This document shows positions 12,733-25,387 of a stretch of 64,000 nt of DNA, one piece after another. Each line of letters begins with the position of its first letter. The first letter of the stretch is position 1. The position numbers and the translations under genes were made by a program. Origin of the DNA: Eledone cirrhosa (Eukaryota); assembly GCA_964016885.1 (NCBI GenBank), contig CAXHJY010001372.1, positions 25,537 to 89,536 on the forward strand, written 5' to 3'. Under the pieces are notes generated by a model. The model was given only the letters and a program-made list of their open reading frames with translations, did not search any database and had not been told where the DNA came from.

Positions 12733-13095
12733 ATATAAAACGAAAAATCAGTGATGCATCTGAACTCAATTTATTGTGTGTTACAATTGTTTCGCCGGCG
12801 GACAGCTCGAGACACGATCATTGTGTGGATCTGTCTGATTCTGGATCCGCAGATCAAGAAAGAATTTGCTCCGAAATCATTAGACGTGTCCATCAAACCT
12901 GCGGATCCAGAATCAGACAGATCCACACAATGATCGTGTCTCGAGCTGTCCGCCGGCGAAACAATTGTAACACACAATAAATTGAGTTCAGATGCATCAC
13001 TGATTTTTCGTTTTATATTATATCATACTCTGCTCTGTAAGAGCATAGAGTGCTCAACCGGCATACCGCCTATGGAAGCATCTTAGCTACCATCA
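12728..13095 (+). mobile_element. Fold-back element: approximately 125-bp perfect inverted arms, 46-nt loop, approximately 70-bp tail
   Basis: 12728-12852 is the reverse complement of 12899-13023; the arm contains GAAA caattg TA and AATAAA; left flank is (TA)n. Confidence 0.9.
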
Positions 13096-13106
13096 GACAC
13101 ACACGC

Positions 13107-13164
<58 letters not shown>

Positions 13165-13333
13165 GTATAAATACATATAGAGAGAGATATGTAGGAGTTG
13201 TATTTAGTTTGTTGGAATTCCGACAAACATAAATGTTTATAACTGATATAGAGCACTCAACAAGTTACTGGAGTAAATATTCAAGATAATAATAATAATA
13301 ATAAATGGAAACTATATTTATAAAACCATATTT

Positions 13334-13396
13334 ATTTTATTATATATATTTCAAGGACGACCAAGCAAATCTTGGTGCGCGTTCATCAGATAAAAT
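13334..13396 (-). ncRNA. Type I minimal hammerhead in element 13190-13445 (same family as 48116-48580)
   Basis: attttat CTGATGA ..accaag-atttg-cttggt.. GAAA tatata TA ataaaat. Confidence 0.75.
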
Positions 13397-13500
13397 ACAA
13401 AATTTGTTTTATAAATAATGACATGGAAATCACACCTTAACGGTGATATATAGATATATATATATATATATTATATGTATTTATGTGTGTACGTTTTATA

Positions 13501-13833
13501 AAGGGTAAAGGGTAAAGACCCCCTTCGGTCATGAATGATCATGGGATTTACACCTAGAAAGTTTCCCTCCGAGGCACAAGTCCGGGCAAGGTTATTTGTG
13601 GAGGACCACCAGTCACCCATGTATACCAGCCTCCCCTTCCAACGCCACCTATGTTGTCCAAGGGAAAGGCAATTGCCGATACAGCTTCGCACCAGTGACG
13701 TCGTAACTCATTTCTACAGCTGAGTAAACTGGACCAACGTGAAGTAAAGTGTCAATATATATCCCAGTCCAAGAATCAAACTCACAACCTCACGATTGCA
13801 AGCCCAATGCTCTAACCATTAAGCCATGCGCCT
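13501..13833 (-). mobile_element. tRNA/CORE-like SINE with an alternative (TACCCTT)-type tail
   Basis: Head at 13780-13833, core at 13710-13755, tail ending ctttaccctttaccctt; relative at 34831-35538. Confidence 0.7.
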
Positions 13834-14786
13834 TATATAAATATACACACATACATATATAAATATACACACACATACACATACATATATAAATACACAC
13901 ATAGATATATATACATGCATATACAAAAATACATATACCTACATAGTATATACATACACACAAATATACATACATACATACATACATACAAAAGCGCCCA
14001 TTCTACACAGTCAAGTGGTTGTGGCGGCGACATGACAAAAAGCACCCAGCACACACTGTAAATGTGGTTGGCATTAGGAAGGGCATCCAGCTGTAGAAAC
14101 CAAACCAAAATCAGCCGCGGGTCAGTGAAACATGGTTCTCTGACCTGATTGTCTTCCAATGGGTCAGCCCGTCCCACCCATGCTAGCATGGAAAATGGAC
14201 ATTAAACGATGATGATTATGATGATGATACAGGCACACAGACATTCACACACAAACACCTATCAAACAATTTATCAAAGATTTACAACTATCAAAGATTT
14301 ACATTTGAGTGCGAGTTCGAGTGGAGAGATTGAGTGGAGAGATTGAGTGGAGTGTTAGATAAGAGGGTGAATGCTTCAACATGATTATCCTATTGAATTT
14401 GATAACATTTAGGGAGAGGTGAGAGGTCAAAGGTCAGGTGTCAGTAAATTCCTTCATGAAGACTAAACAGCTATCAGTTCCTGTTATATTATTCCAGAGG
14501 AAGACAAGTAGTGGGAGGAAGGACGTGAAGGGGAGTGTGGTAGGAGATATTCATTCTGTAACACACACACACACACCTATATATATGTATGTATGTATGT
14601 ATATATATAGATACATGTCATATCTTTACCAAAGCACTGCCACTATATAACTATTATGTGTGCACTCTGAACATCGAGATGCAGTTTCACAACTGCAAGT
14701 TTATTGACTCATTGCGTGAGAAGGTCATGGCCGGAGATTGCTGAAATAACATCAGTGACTTTCGTAAACTGTGTGTGTATGTGTGT

Positions 14787-15040
14787 ATCATCATTTTGAC
14801 GTCCGCTTTTCCCTGCTTGCAATGGTGGGACGGGAAGTGATTCTGGCTTGATTTCTACAGCTGGATGCCCTTCCTAACACCAACCTCATTTACAGTGAGT
14901 GCTGGGTGCTTTTTTTCCATGGCGCCTTCCAGTCCACTTTACAGTGTGGGCTGGGTGCTTTTTTTGTCGTGGCTCTGAGAATTGAACTCACAACCTTTCG
15001 ATTGCAAGGCCAATGCTCTAACCACTAAGCCATGTGCCTC
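14787..15040 (-). mobile_element. Family A SINE with an internal deletion
   Basis: Head at 14975-15040 joined directly to the tail region. Confidence 0.75.
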
Positions 15041-15193
15041 CATATATATATATATATGTATATATATATTTATTATACTTTGCGAGGGTCATGCTGCCAA
15101 TAAGGACACACGCACCTGTTGGTTTTCACTTCAATTTATTATAAATTTCTGGTTGATTGGTTGGTTCGATAACCAGACGGTTGTTTATATATT

Positions 15194-15236
15194 GTCAAAG
15201 CTCTTTCGTCACACACTCTGTGACCTCCTCAGTGAC
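15194..15236 (-). ncRNA. Intact-looking minimal type I hammerhead in a (TA)n-flanked element (about 15070-15290)
   Basis: gtca CTGAGGA g gtcaca-gagtg-tgtgac GAAA gagc TT tgac: perfect 6-bp stem II, 4-bp stem I. Confidence 0.75.
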
Positions 15237-15660
15237 TGGGGTTTTATTTTGTGTCTCTGCTTTGTTCCGTCGTACACCATCTTCTTTATATATATATATA
15301 TATCAGGTACTGGAACTAGGCTAGTCAGGCGACTATTTCTTGCTCAGGTTTGCCATTTTGGGCTTAGTTTCTATGGCCCTTCCTAACACAAACCACTCTA
15401 CAGTGTAGACTGCAAGCATATTATCATGACTCTGACTCTACTATCTTACAGGGTGGACTAAGTACTTGTTATTGTAGCACCAGCACTACCACTTTACAAT
15501 ATGTACTGGAAGCATGTTATTGTGATTCCAGCACTATCACCTTACAGATTGGACTGGTTGTTTTTTTATTGTGGCACCAGCACGTCAACCTTATATGGCA
15601 GACAATATGTTTTTGTCATGGCACCAACACTACAGAGCAGACTGGATACATTTTTTTTGT

Positions 15661-16410
15661 CATGGCACCAACACTACCACTTTACATGGCAGACTGCATG
15701 CTTTTTATCATGGCACTAACACTACCACCTTACAGGGCAGACTAGATGCTTTTTATCATGGCACCAGCACTACCACCTTACAGGGCAGACTGCATGCTTT
15801 TTATCATGGCACTAACACTACCACCTTAGAGGGCAGACTGCATGCTTTTTATCATGGCACCAGCACTACCACCTTACAGGGCAGACTAGATGCTTTTTAT
15901 CATGGCACCAGCACTACCACCTTACAGGGCAGACTGCATGCTTTTTATCATGGCACTAACACTACCACCTTAGAGGGCAGACTGCATGCTTTTTATCATG
16001 GCACCAGCACTACCACCTTACAGGGCAGACTAGATGCTTTTTATCATGGCACCAGCACTACCACCTTACAGGGCAGACTGCATGCTTTTTATCATGGCAC
16101 TAACACTACCACCTTAGAGGGCAGACTGCATGCTTTTTATCATGGCACCAGCACTACCACCTTACAGGGCAGACTAGATGCTTTTTATCATGGCACCAGC
16201 ACTACCACCTTACAGGGCAGACTGCATGCTTTTTATCATGGCACTAACACTACCACCTTAGAGGGCAGACTGCATGCTTTTTATCATGGCACCAGCACTA
16301 CTACCTTACAGGGCAGACTAGATGCTTTTTATCATGGCACCAGCACTACCACCTTACAGGGCAGACTAGATGCTTTTCGTCGTGGCACCAGCACTATTAC
16401 TTTACAGGGT
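15661..16410. repeat. 48-bp minisatellite (about 15 units) with a 3-unit (144-bp) higher-order period
   Basis: Unit catggcaccagcactaccaccttacagggcagactagatgctttttat; degenerate units at 15390-15660. Confidence 0.95.
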
Positions 16411-16739
16411 GGAATGGGCACAGTTTAACTGCTGCACATGATGAACATAGATAGTACAGTTTTAGTTCATCAAAGCAACCTAATCAGTGAGAGTGCTCAA
16501 GGAATCAACAAGAAGTCAGTGCTTGACTTTATGTTTAAATTAAAGGAGAAAAAACAGAGACCTGAAATACACCACACAAAGAAAATGGGGAATATTTACC
16601 ACAATAGTTCTATGAAATGGACTTCATTTTTGTATTTATATTACAAGACATAGAGGACCAAAATAGTCATTGAGATGGTCACAAGAACTTTGACAATTAA
16701 ATAACCATCTGTATGAATGAATTAGATACCTGATTAATA

Positions 16740-16925
16740 ATTGTTTCTACGTTAGGCACAAGGCCAGCAATTACCCAGTGCATTACTGGTACTTTATTTT
16801 ATCGACCCCGTAAGGATGAAAGGCAAAGCCAACCTCGGCGGGATTTGAACTCAGATCGTAAAGGGACGTAACTATGCTGCAAAGCATGGCGTCCGACCCT
16901 CTACCGATACTGCCAATCCACCGTG
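16740..16925 (-). mobile_element. tRNA-derived SINE family B (Meta/Sauria-like central domain)
   Basis: Minus strand reads cggtggattggcagtatcggtagag...gagttcaaatcccgccgagg...gcctttcatccttacggggtcgataaaataaagtacc...ggccttgtgcc. Confidence 0.8.
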
Positions 16926-17091
16926 GTTTCTGATTTAGACACAAGGCCAAAAGTTAGCTGGCTCAAACAGCAGCCAATTCACTACCCCAACTACCACCAC
17001 CGAAACCATCGGGGTGGGGGGACAATGAATGAAATATGTAAAATAACTTGCCTTTGTTATCATAGTAATATATATATATATATATATGAAT

Positions 17092-17320
17092 ATAGGAAAA
17101 GAGTCAGGACCCTGACGGCAGAGCTCAAGCCGCTTCAACTGCTATTTCTGGACAGAGTCTATATCAGAGTCCAGAAATAGCCGTCGAAACGGCTTGAGCT
17201 CTGCCGTCGGGGTCCTGACTCTTTTCCTATTACCCACTCTACTACCCAAAGTATCGAGTACTCTGGTCTGTTATGGTCCACCTTGTTCCTTACCACACTT
17301 CCTACACTTCCTTCGTTATA
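17092..17320 (+). mobile_element. Fold-back element, second copy of the 5668 family
   Basis: Arms 17092-17153 and 17169-17230; same tail cccactctactaccc..agtat.gagtactctgg. Confidence 0.85.
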
Positions 17321-17406
17321 TAAGACTTTGCCAGGTGGAGCTATTAAGTTAGACATGGACTGGGCCAATACATGCCAAAACTTATCAAAGTTTTATATAT
17401 ATATGT

Positions 17407-17552
<146 letters not shown>

Positions 17553-17677
17553 CTACAAAACCAAATTGTAAAATCATATAAAATTAAATTAAATTGTTTA
17601 GAACTACAAGTGAAGTCATTCTTTTCTTCTTTTTAAATATACCAAACTGTACCAAGGATTTCACACATTTTCCAATG

Positions 17678-17717
<40 letters not shown>

Positions 17718-17769
17718 CACATACATACATACGTAGGTACATACATATATACATACATACATACCAAAG

Positions 17770-17887
17770 TATGACTGAACTTGGATTTGCAGACAAAGAA
17801 CGCAGCTCCCTAATTCATAGTCTGCAAATGACTGCGATAGCTGGCACCTTCAAAATTTGCAAAACATTCTTGCGATTCAAGGGATGA
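17770..17887 (+). pseudogene. Possible C-terminal remnant of a restriction-like-endonuclease (RLE) non-LTR retrotransposon ORF
   Basis: ELGFADKERSSLIHSLQMTAIAGTFKICKTFLRF* resembles RLE-LINE C-termini; directly follows a microsatellite. Confidence 0.4.
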
Positions 17888-17953
17888 CAATTTCTTTTCT
17901 TTTACAACCTTGCCACCAGGAAGGTGGCCGGTCAAAAAAATATAAAGGAAGAG

Positions 17954-18005
<52 letters not shown>

Positions 18006-18762
18006 TATACCATTGGTTAGCTGGTTCAAATAGCAGCTAGTTAATCCATCAATCCCTGTATTTCTATGTCAACATGTCAAAACATTTTGACATGAACCAT
18101 ATTTCTGTTTTGTCTCAAGACTTTGACCTTTGACAGAACTCTGCTTAATTGAGGACTTCCATCTTTTGTTAGGTTGACAGGGTTTTAATGGTAGGGAGGC
18201 TATGGTGAGAGGGTGGTGGGTGTGTTGTTACTAATGTGAAGGATCATTGTTGCTGGTGTTGGTGGTGGTGATGGTGGTGATGGTAGTGGGGTGTAGTGAT
18301 GGGAGTGGTGGTAGTGATGGTGGTGGTTATAGTGGTGATGGTGGTGGTGGTGATGTGGTGGTGGTTTGGTGGTGGTTATGGTGGTGGTGATGTGATGGTG
18401 GTAGTGATGTGATGGTGGTGATGTGATAATAGTGATGGTAGCGGTGGTGGTGATAGTGATGGTGGTGATGGTAATAGTTGTGGTGGTGGTGGTGGTGGTG
18501 GTGGTATTAATTTTTTTGTTTCTCTAACTAGTGACTATAAAGAAAGAATAAAAGACATTTTCCTCTCTCCCTCTCTCTATCTATCTATCTATCTCACTCT
18601 CTCTATTTATCTTTATCTATCTATCTCTCTATCTCTTACTCATTATGGTTAACTTTGCCTTTCATCCTTACGGGGGGGGGGGGGGGGGTCGATAAAATAA
18701 AGTACCAGTAATGTACTGGGATAATTGCTGGCCTTCTGCCAAAAGTAGAAACAATTATTAGC

Positions 18763-19263
18763 TTAACCCCCTTCATACCAAACCTGCACCACTAACCCCA
18801 CCCTGCCCTGATTTTGCAGTACAAAACTATTTATTTTAAAATGTTTATAATTATGTAAAAATCTTCCATTATCAATTTTATATAAGAACCATTGTTATGT
18901 TCTCAACACCAGTTTAATAATGACAAAGTTATATTATTAAATACTTCAAAATTATTTGAAAACCATAGGCAGTACCTATTATTAAAAATCACAGGCAGGG
19001 CCTATTATTAAAAACCATAGGCAGTGCTTGTTATTGAAAATCATAGGCTGTGTCTGTTATTAAAAATAATAGGCCGTGCCTATCATTAAAAATCATATGC
19101 AGTGCTTGTTATTAAAACCATAGGCAGTGCCTGTTATTAAAACCATAGGCAGTGCCTGTTATTAAAACCATAGGCAGTGTTTGTTATTAAAACCATAGGC
19201 AGTGTTTGTTATTAAAACCATAGGCAGTGCCTGTTATTAAAAATATGGAAATGAAATGGTTAA
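18763..19263. mobile_element. TTAA-flanked piggyBac-like MITE with an internal 26-28-bp tandem repeat (18960-19245)
   Basis: ttaacccccttcat...atgaaatggttaa; unit aaaaccataggcagtgcctgttatt. Confidence 0.55.
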
Positions 19264-19765
19264 TATCATCAGCATTGCCTCATCACCATCACCACAGTCA
19301 TCGTCATCACCATAACCATTATCCTCATCATCGTCACTCCCACCAACAACACCATCAGCCTCCCCAACACCACCACCATTACTATTATCATCCCCACCAC
19401 CATCATCATCATCATTATAATGACCACTATCATTGCCACCTCTAGCATCGCCATCCTCATCATAGCATTATATAAATCTGTGCAACCATTATATAAATAC
19501 CACAATACCATTCAAACATAATCTGAGCATGATGGGGTATAGTAAGGCATGATGGATAGGGCGTAAATACATGAGGATAAATAGGGAAGAGGTATATATG
19601 GACCCATAACTCCTGAGGGAGTCAATAATTGTGACATATTGGCATACAGCATTTCTTGATGAGAACAGGAAAATAACTGTCTTTCAGATTTTGAACAGTT
19701 TTTGACAGACATATTTGCTAAAATCAGCTTCTCAGTAACTGTTGCTTACCCTGCTGTGGGCTCCT

Positions 19766-19982
19766 TTAACCCATTAGCATATAAACCGGCCATATCCGGC
19801 CAGAATTCTCTCACCTCTTTCTGTTCAAACTGGCTGCTCATACCAACATTAAGGTATTGTTCTCATAATAAATAATATCAAGATCTCATAGATTCGATAT
19901 TATGTGAGATAATTATGTGAGGTAAAGCCTTTACAGTGAAAATACAATAGAAAATATAGAATATTGTAAATGCTAAAGGGTT
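19766..19982. mobile_element. TTAA piggyBac-like MITE (TIR ccc(t/a)ttagca); right end interrupted by a solo LTR
   Basis: Same family as 22811-23177, 30282-30484 and 37110-37333. Confidence 0.75.
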
Positions 19983-20241
19983 TGTAGCGACTAGCGCCAC
20001 CTTGCCCAGGGAGAAAAAACTAATTGGAGTTACTTCTCGTTGAATTCTAGAAGATTCCTTGAACTTCCGGTCTAGGGATTATAAAGGAGGGAGATAAGAG
20101 ACATCTTAGCTTATTTGGCGACCGGCTCTCGGACAGTTCACTCACAAGCGTTAACCTTATTATATCTGTATCGAATTTAATTAGTGGTTGGCCTGCAGTG
20201 GCGTTTACCAAAGTAAATAACCCTGTGACCAACTCACTAAA
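19983..20241 (+). mobile_element. Solo LTR (259 bp) with a 4-bp TSD GGTT, Ty3/gypsy-like
   Basis: Starts TGTAG and ends CTAAA (one change from CTACA); TATAAA at 20080; GGTT on both sides; the empty site is seen in the paralog near 30283. Confidence 0.75.
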
Positions 20242-21129
20242 GGTTAAATAAAGTGGTAGATATTCTGGTTTCTTTGATTCAACAATTATGAAAACCTACT
20301 GAAAGGATTGACCAATATATTGATCATTTCTTGACGAGAACATGAAAATGACTGTCTGAGATTTTGAGCAGTATTCGACAGAAACATCAGATATTGGTGT
20401 CATTACCATAAAAATTGACAGAAGTAGTTTGGGCTTATGGGTTGTGTTAAGTGTTAAAATAATCATATATTTCTCTAAATAACATATGGTAGGATATGGG
20501 ATAGTATGGTGTGGTGTGGTGTGGTATGATATAGCATTGTATGGTATGATATGACATGGTATGGTATGATATGACATGGTATGGTATGGTATGGTATGAT
20601 ATGGCATCGTATGGTATGATATGGTATATGATATGATATGGTCCAATAACTCTTGGAGCTGTAGGGGTGCTGCAATGGCATACAGCTTTTCTAGGGTATT
20701 TTAAAGACCTGGCAGAATCCATCCCTTTCCATGTCTGAATACAGCAGATTTCTTCCAGAGAAGGATAGAGAGAGTGCGAGAGGAAGAATCAACTGGTACG
20801 TTTTTTATCAAGCTCGAATGGATGAAAGACAAAGTTGACCTTGGCAGGATTTGAACTGAGAGAGTAGAGAATCGAAACAAATACTGCAAAGCATTCAATC
20901 CAATACTCTAATGGATATTAATGGAGAGGTAAAGTTATTTAAACCCTGAGAAGGCACACAAAAATTGATCCCAAGAAACATGAAAGCAACAATGGCCAGT
21001 CTAAGTAATTTCAGGTGAAAATATGGATGATGATATTTAAATAAAACAACAAAGGAAAGGGAAAGAAGAAAAGAAAAAAAGAGAAAGAAGCAAAAAAGGA
21101 CAAGGAGAGAAAGAGGGTGGGTCAGATTT

Positions 21130-21300
21130 TTTACCCCAGTCTGGGTGGTGATTCGGAGAGAATGAAGCCTTAAAGGAAAAGGAGAGAGGGATGGAGTGAC
21201 ACAGATTGACCCCAATCTGAATGGTGATTTGGCCATACACCGCAGAGAGAATGATGAAGGCATTGCCATGGAGAAAGGCCAGTGACACCCATTACCTCGG
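21130..21300 (-). pseudogene. CRE-like LINE C-terminal remnant
   Basis: SLAFLHGNAFIILSA matches the SLAI.RGNA..IL end motif of the other copies. Confidence 0.6.
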
Positions 21301-21441
21301 CCAACCCACCTAACACTACTTGACAACAGAAAAAGAAAGAAACAAATTAAGACACGATACTGTCTACACTGGAGAAGACTCCATTAACCCAGGCAAGCAT
21401 GGACAAGGAAATTAAATCAGAACAATATAAACCCCATGACA

Positions 21442-21472
<31 letters not shown>

Positions 21473-21736
21473 GATGATGAAGTATTTATAACAGTTTTAC
21501 TATATAAAATAACTCCCTAGGTGTTACATAACTCCTAGAGAGAACATGTGTCATTGACAGCTGAAATATTATTTATTAGGGTTACATGAGCCCCTTTTTA
21601 AGGGTTTATTATAAACCTTCCACATTTTTGTTGTACAACAATAATAAAACTATTTCCTTTACACAAGCTGTAGTCTGTTATTAAGGAATTTACCTCCCCT
21701 GCCTCTCCTCCTAGACATCTACACACACACACACAC

Positions 21737-21799
<63 letters not shown>

Positions 21800-22072
21800 T
21801 GTATATATATATGTGTATATATATATGTGTGTGTGTATATATATAAATATGTGTGTGTGTATATATATATATGTGTGTGTGTATATACATATACATGTGT
21901 ATATAGATATATATGTGTGTGTGTGTGTATATATATGTGTGTGTGTATATATAGTGTATATATAGATAGATAGATAGATATACAAACACACAAACATATA
22001 CATACAAGCGTACATATATTATATAAACGCACACCACATATAAACATACAGTATGTTCACATCATATATTTA

Positions 22073-22510
22073 CATCATCATCATCATCATCGTTTAACGT
22101 CCCATATTCCACGCTTGCATGGGTTTGGACGGGAGTTTTCCCACTTGAGGCAAGAGTGGTTGTCTTGCTCATATAGGACTGTCTGGCGGGTTTTCTACAG
22201 CTGGATGCCCTTCCTAACACCAACCACATTTACAGTGTGGAACTGGGAGGTTTTTACCGTGTTGCCTACACGGCCACATTACAGCGTGGACTGGGTGTTT
22301 TTTTTGTCGTGACACCTACACGACCTCATTTGTTTCGGCCTGGATGTTGTGGTACCAACATAACTTTACATTGAAAGGGGTGGTGTGGATGGGGTGGGGG
22401 TAGTGGGACGGGGGTGTATTTTGTTAGAGGTGCCTACTGACTGTAGTAGGTTTTACTTTGTATTTAGATAAGGCGGGTCTTCTCTATTACTGTGTAGCGC
22501 CAAAGATTTA
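22073..22510 (-). mobile_element. 3' end of the same RTE LINE as 10465-11335
   Basis: Colinear with 10465-10905. Confidence 0.8.
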
Positions 22511-22810
22511 CATATTATATATAATCATATACACACATACATACAATGATGAATGCATGCATACATACATACATACATTACATACATACATACATATATA
22601 TCCAGCCATAAAACTATGATAAAACTGGAGAAAAAAAAATGAATACAGTGCTACAGCATGGCCACAATCCAACAACTGAAACCACTAAAAGAATAAAAGA
22701 ATATACTCACAAACATACACATGTATGCACAAATATATACATACACATGTACATACATATGTACATTAATATATATGTACATACACACCAACATACACAT
22801 ATATACATAT

Positions 22811-23177
22811 TTAACCCTTTAGCATTCACATTATTCTATCATCATCATCATCATCGTTTAACGTCTATCTTCCACACTAGCATGGGTTTAGACGGGAATT
22901 ATCCCACTTGAGGCAAGATTGGTCGTCTCGCTCGTATAGGTCTGTCTGGCAGGTTTTCTACGGCTGGATGCCCTTCCTCTATATATACTATTATATGTTC
23001 ATAGTAAAGGCTTTACCTCACATATCTCACATAATATTGAATCTATGAGATTTTGAAAGTATTTATTTTGAGAACAATACCTTAACATCAGTATGAGCGA
23101 CCAGTTACAGCCAGTTTCAACAGAAAGCGGTAGAGAATTCTGGCCAGTTTTGGCCGGTTTGAACATTAAAGGGTTAA
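22811..23177. mobile_element. TTAA MITE with a nested RTE tail fragment (about 22839-22980)
   Basis: ttaaccctttagca...taaagggttaa; internal (cat)n...ggctggatgcccttcc. Confidence 0.7.
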
Positions 23178-23420
23178 ATTGACAAATACATCATCACATA
23201 AGATTTCGAATTGGTACACCAGGGTTTCAGGGTGGCCAGCATATGGGCCCCCATTTGCTCAAAATAGTGAGAGAGATTGGTAGAGCAGGAGAGACAGAGG
23301 CAGTGAGAGATTGGTTCCTTTGTGTTCGGACCTGACCTGGTGTATATGTATGTTTCACAGACACACGCTCACACTGAGGCAGTGTAGTTATTTACTTTTT
23401 AATTTGATATTTAGGTGCAT

Positions 23421-23805
23421 GGAGGCACATGGCTTTGTGGTTAGAGCATTGGCCTTGCAATCGAAAGGTTGTGAGTTCTATTCTCAGACCGGGTGATGTG
23501 TTGTTTCCTTGAGCAAGACACTTTATTTCACATTGCTCCAGTTTACTCAGTTGTAGAAATGAGATGATAGGGACTGGGGTCCCTATCATTCCACTGCAAA
23601 GTGGTCGTGGGGGTGCCAGTGTAAAGTGGACATGTAGGCACCATGGGAAAAAAGCACCCAGCACTCACTGTAAATGAGGTTGGTGTTAGGAAGGGCATCC
23701 AGCTGTAGAAATCAAGCCAGAATCAGTTCCCGTCCCACCCTTGCAAGCAGGGAAAAGCGGACGTAAAATGATGATGATGATAAAATGATAATGATGATGA
23801 TGATG
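23421..23805 (+). mobile_element. Full-length family A SINE
   Basis: Near-identical to 3686-4021. Confidence 0.85.
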
Positions 23806-24110
23806 TGGGTGTCCATGAAACATATACACAATGGAACCAAACTCCCACTGTCACTGCCACAGTTTCTCCCACTCTCTCATTATTAGGGACAAATGGGGGC
23901 CAACATGTTGGCTGTCCCGTGGCCCTGGCAGACAGAATAGAGAGGTGTTTGCCCAGAGGATAGTGAGGGAAACATGCTGGAAGATCCATTCCAGCTCTAG
24001 AGGCTCACACCTGCAGGTAGTCATCTGTGCCATGGCAGTGAGTAGGGAGGTGGCCCTAGGGTCAAGGTCACCAGAAGTCCCCACTGCTATGAGCTCGACT
24101 GCAAACATTA
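23806..24110 (-). pseudogene. CRE-like LINE C-terminus plus 3' UTR
   Basis: FAVELIAVGTSGDLDPRATSLL...LEWIFQHVSLTIL; homologous to 40745-41030. Confidence 0.7.
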
Positions 24111-24239
24111 ACATAAAATAAAGCAGAAGTTTAGAGTTTTGCAATTTAAAACAATATGGTCAAGAGGTGAACCCTTTTTGAGGTGCCATCAGTGGTGTGG
24201 AGTTGTTTGGTGGACATGGTTTGGAGGGCAGACAATATT

Positions 24240-24728
24240 TCCCTGGCACTTTTATTTTATCGGCCCCAGAAGGATTTAAAATTGACTTTGGGAAGGTTTG
24301 AACTGAAATAATTACCTTGTGGTATTTTGTCTAATGATTCTGCCAATCTAACTAGCATAATAATGGTTTCAGATTTAGGCGCAGTACTTACTGGCACTTT
24401 ATTTTATCGACCCCGGGTAAGGATGAAAGGCAAAGCTAACCTCTGTGGGATTTGAACTCAAGATGTAAAGGGCCGCAACTCTGCCGTGATGTATGGTTTC
24501 CGACACTCTTCAGATACTGCCAAATAATTGTTTCTACTTTTTGGCACAAGGCCAGCAATTACCCAGTGCATTACTGGTACTTTATTTTATTGACCCCGTA
24601 AGGATGAAAGGCAAAGTTAACCTCGGCGAGATTTGAACTCAGACCGTAAAGGGACATAACTACGCTGGAAAACATGTCCGACCCTCTACCGATACTGCCA
24701 ATTCACCGCCTTGATACTGCCAAATAAT
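24240..24728 (-). mobile_element. Cluster of three family B SINE copies; the last (24529-24712) has a 16-bp TSD
   Basis: TSD gatactgccaaataat at 24513 and 24713. Confidence 0.8.
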
Positions 24729-24777
24729 GGCAGCAATAATAAGATCTGTATTTATCTTCACCGATCAGTGAGCAAAA

Positions 24778-25210
24778 AATATTGATAGATGGTACCGGCA
24801 TGTCCTAGAAAGAGCCCTTGATGACAGAGACAAATCCAAGATAATTGGAGATTTCACTATCAAAATGGACCTCAGATAGAAACACAACAGACCTGATATT
24901 ATAGTTATGCAGAGAAATAGCTGTGAATGCCATACTATTGATCTTACCATCCCATTAGACCACAAGAAAGCCTTGAAAAAAATTAAATTGAAAACAAGCA
25001 AAATATACTGACTAGAAGATGGAAATTGTATGAATAAAGTCAATACTACCTAACATCAAGATAATGCTAGTCATCAGAGTTTGGGGCTCAATACCACTAA
25101 AACTGAGAGGGTATCTTAAGTAAATAGTCCTCAAATCACATATTGCTCTCATGCAAAAGACTGTCCTGATGGTCACTACTCATATATCTATAGACTGTGT
25201 TGTCTAAGTT
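24778..25210 (+). pseudogene. R4/Dong-like non-LTR retrotransposon, restriction-like endonuclease remnant
   Basis: RWYRHVLERALDD..KIIGDFTIKMD..*KHNRPDIIV...CHTIDLTIPLD matches the WY.H.P / WDF.I.TD / RPDI / ID..P motifs; stops and frameshifts. Confidence 0.75.
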
Positions 25211-25387
25211 CCTTGTTGAGACACGGTAGACAGTAGAAGATCTTCTAATTATCCTATTCACTGGACAAGCCCTAAATAATGGTAACTTTGAATAAGAATC
25301 AACTTAGACATTGATAACCCATCCAACCCATTTTTATAAACCTTTTACCAACATCGACACATTTTTTCATATATCATATATGATATT

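Noticed and set aside
15571-16428. 285-aa repeat protein
   Set aside because: In-frame 48-bp minisatellite derived from a retroelement tail; no evidence of expression.
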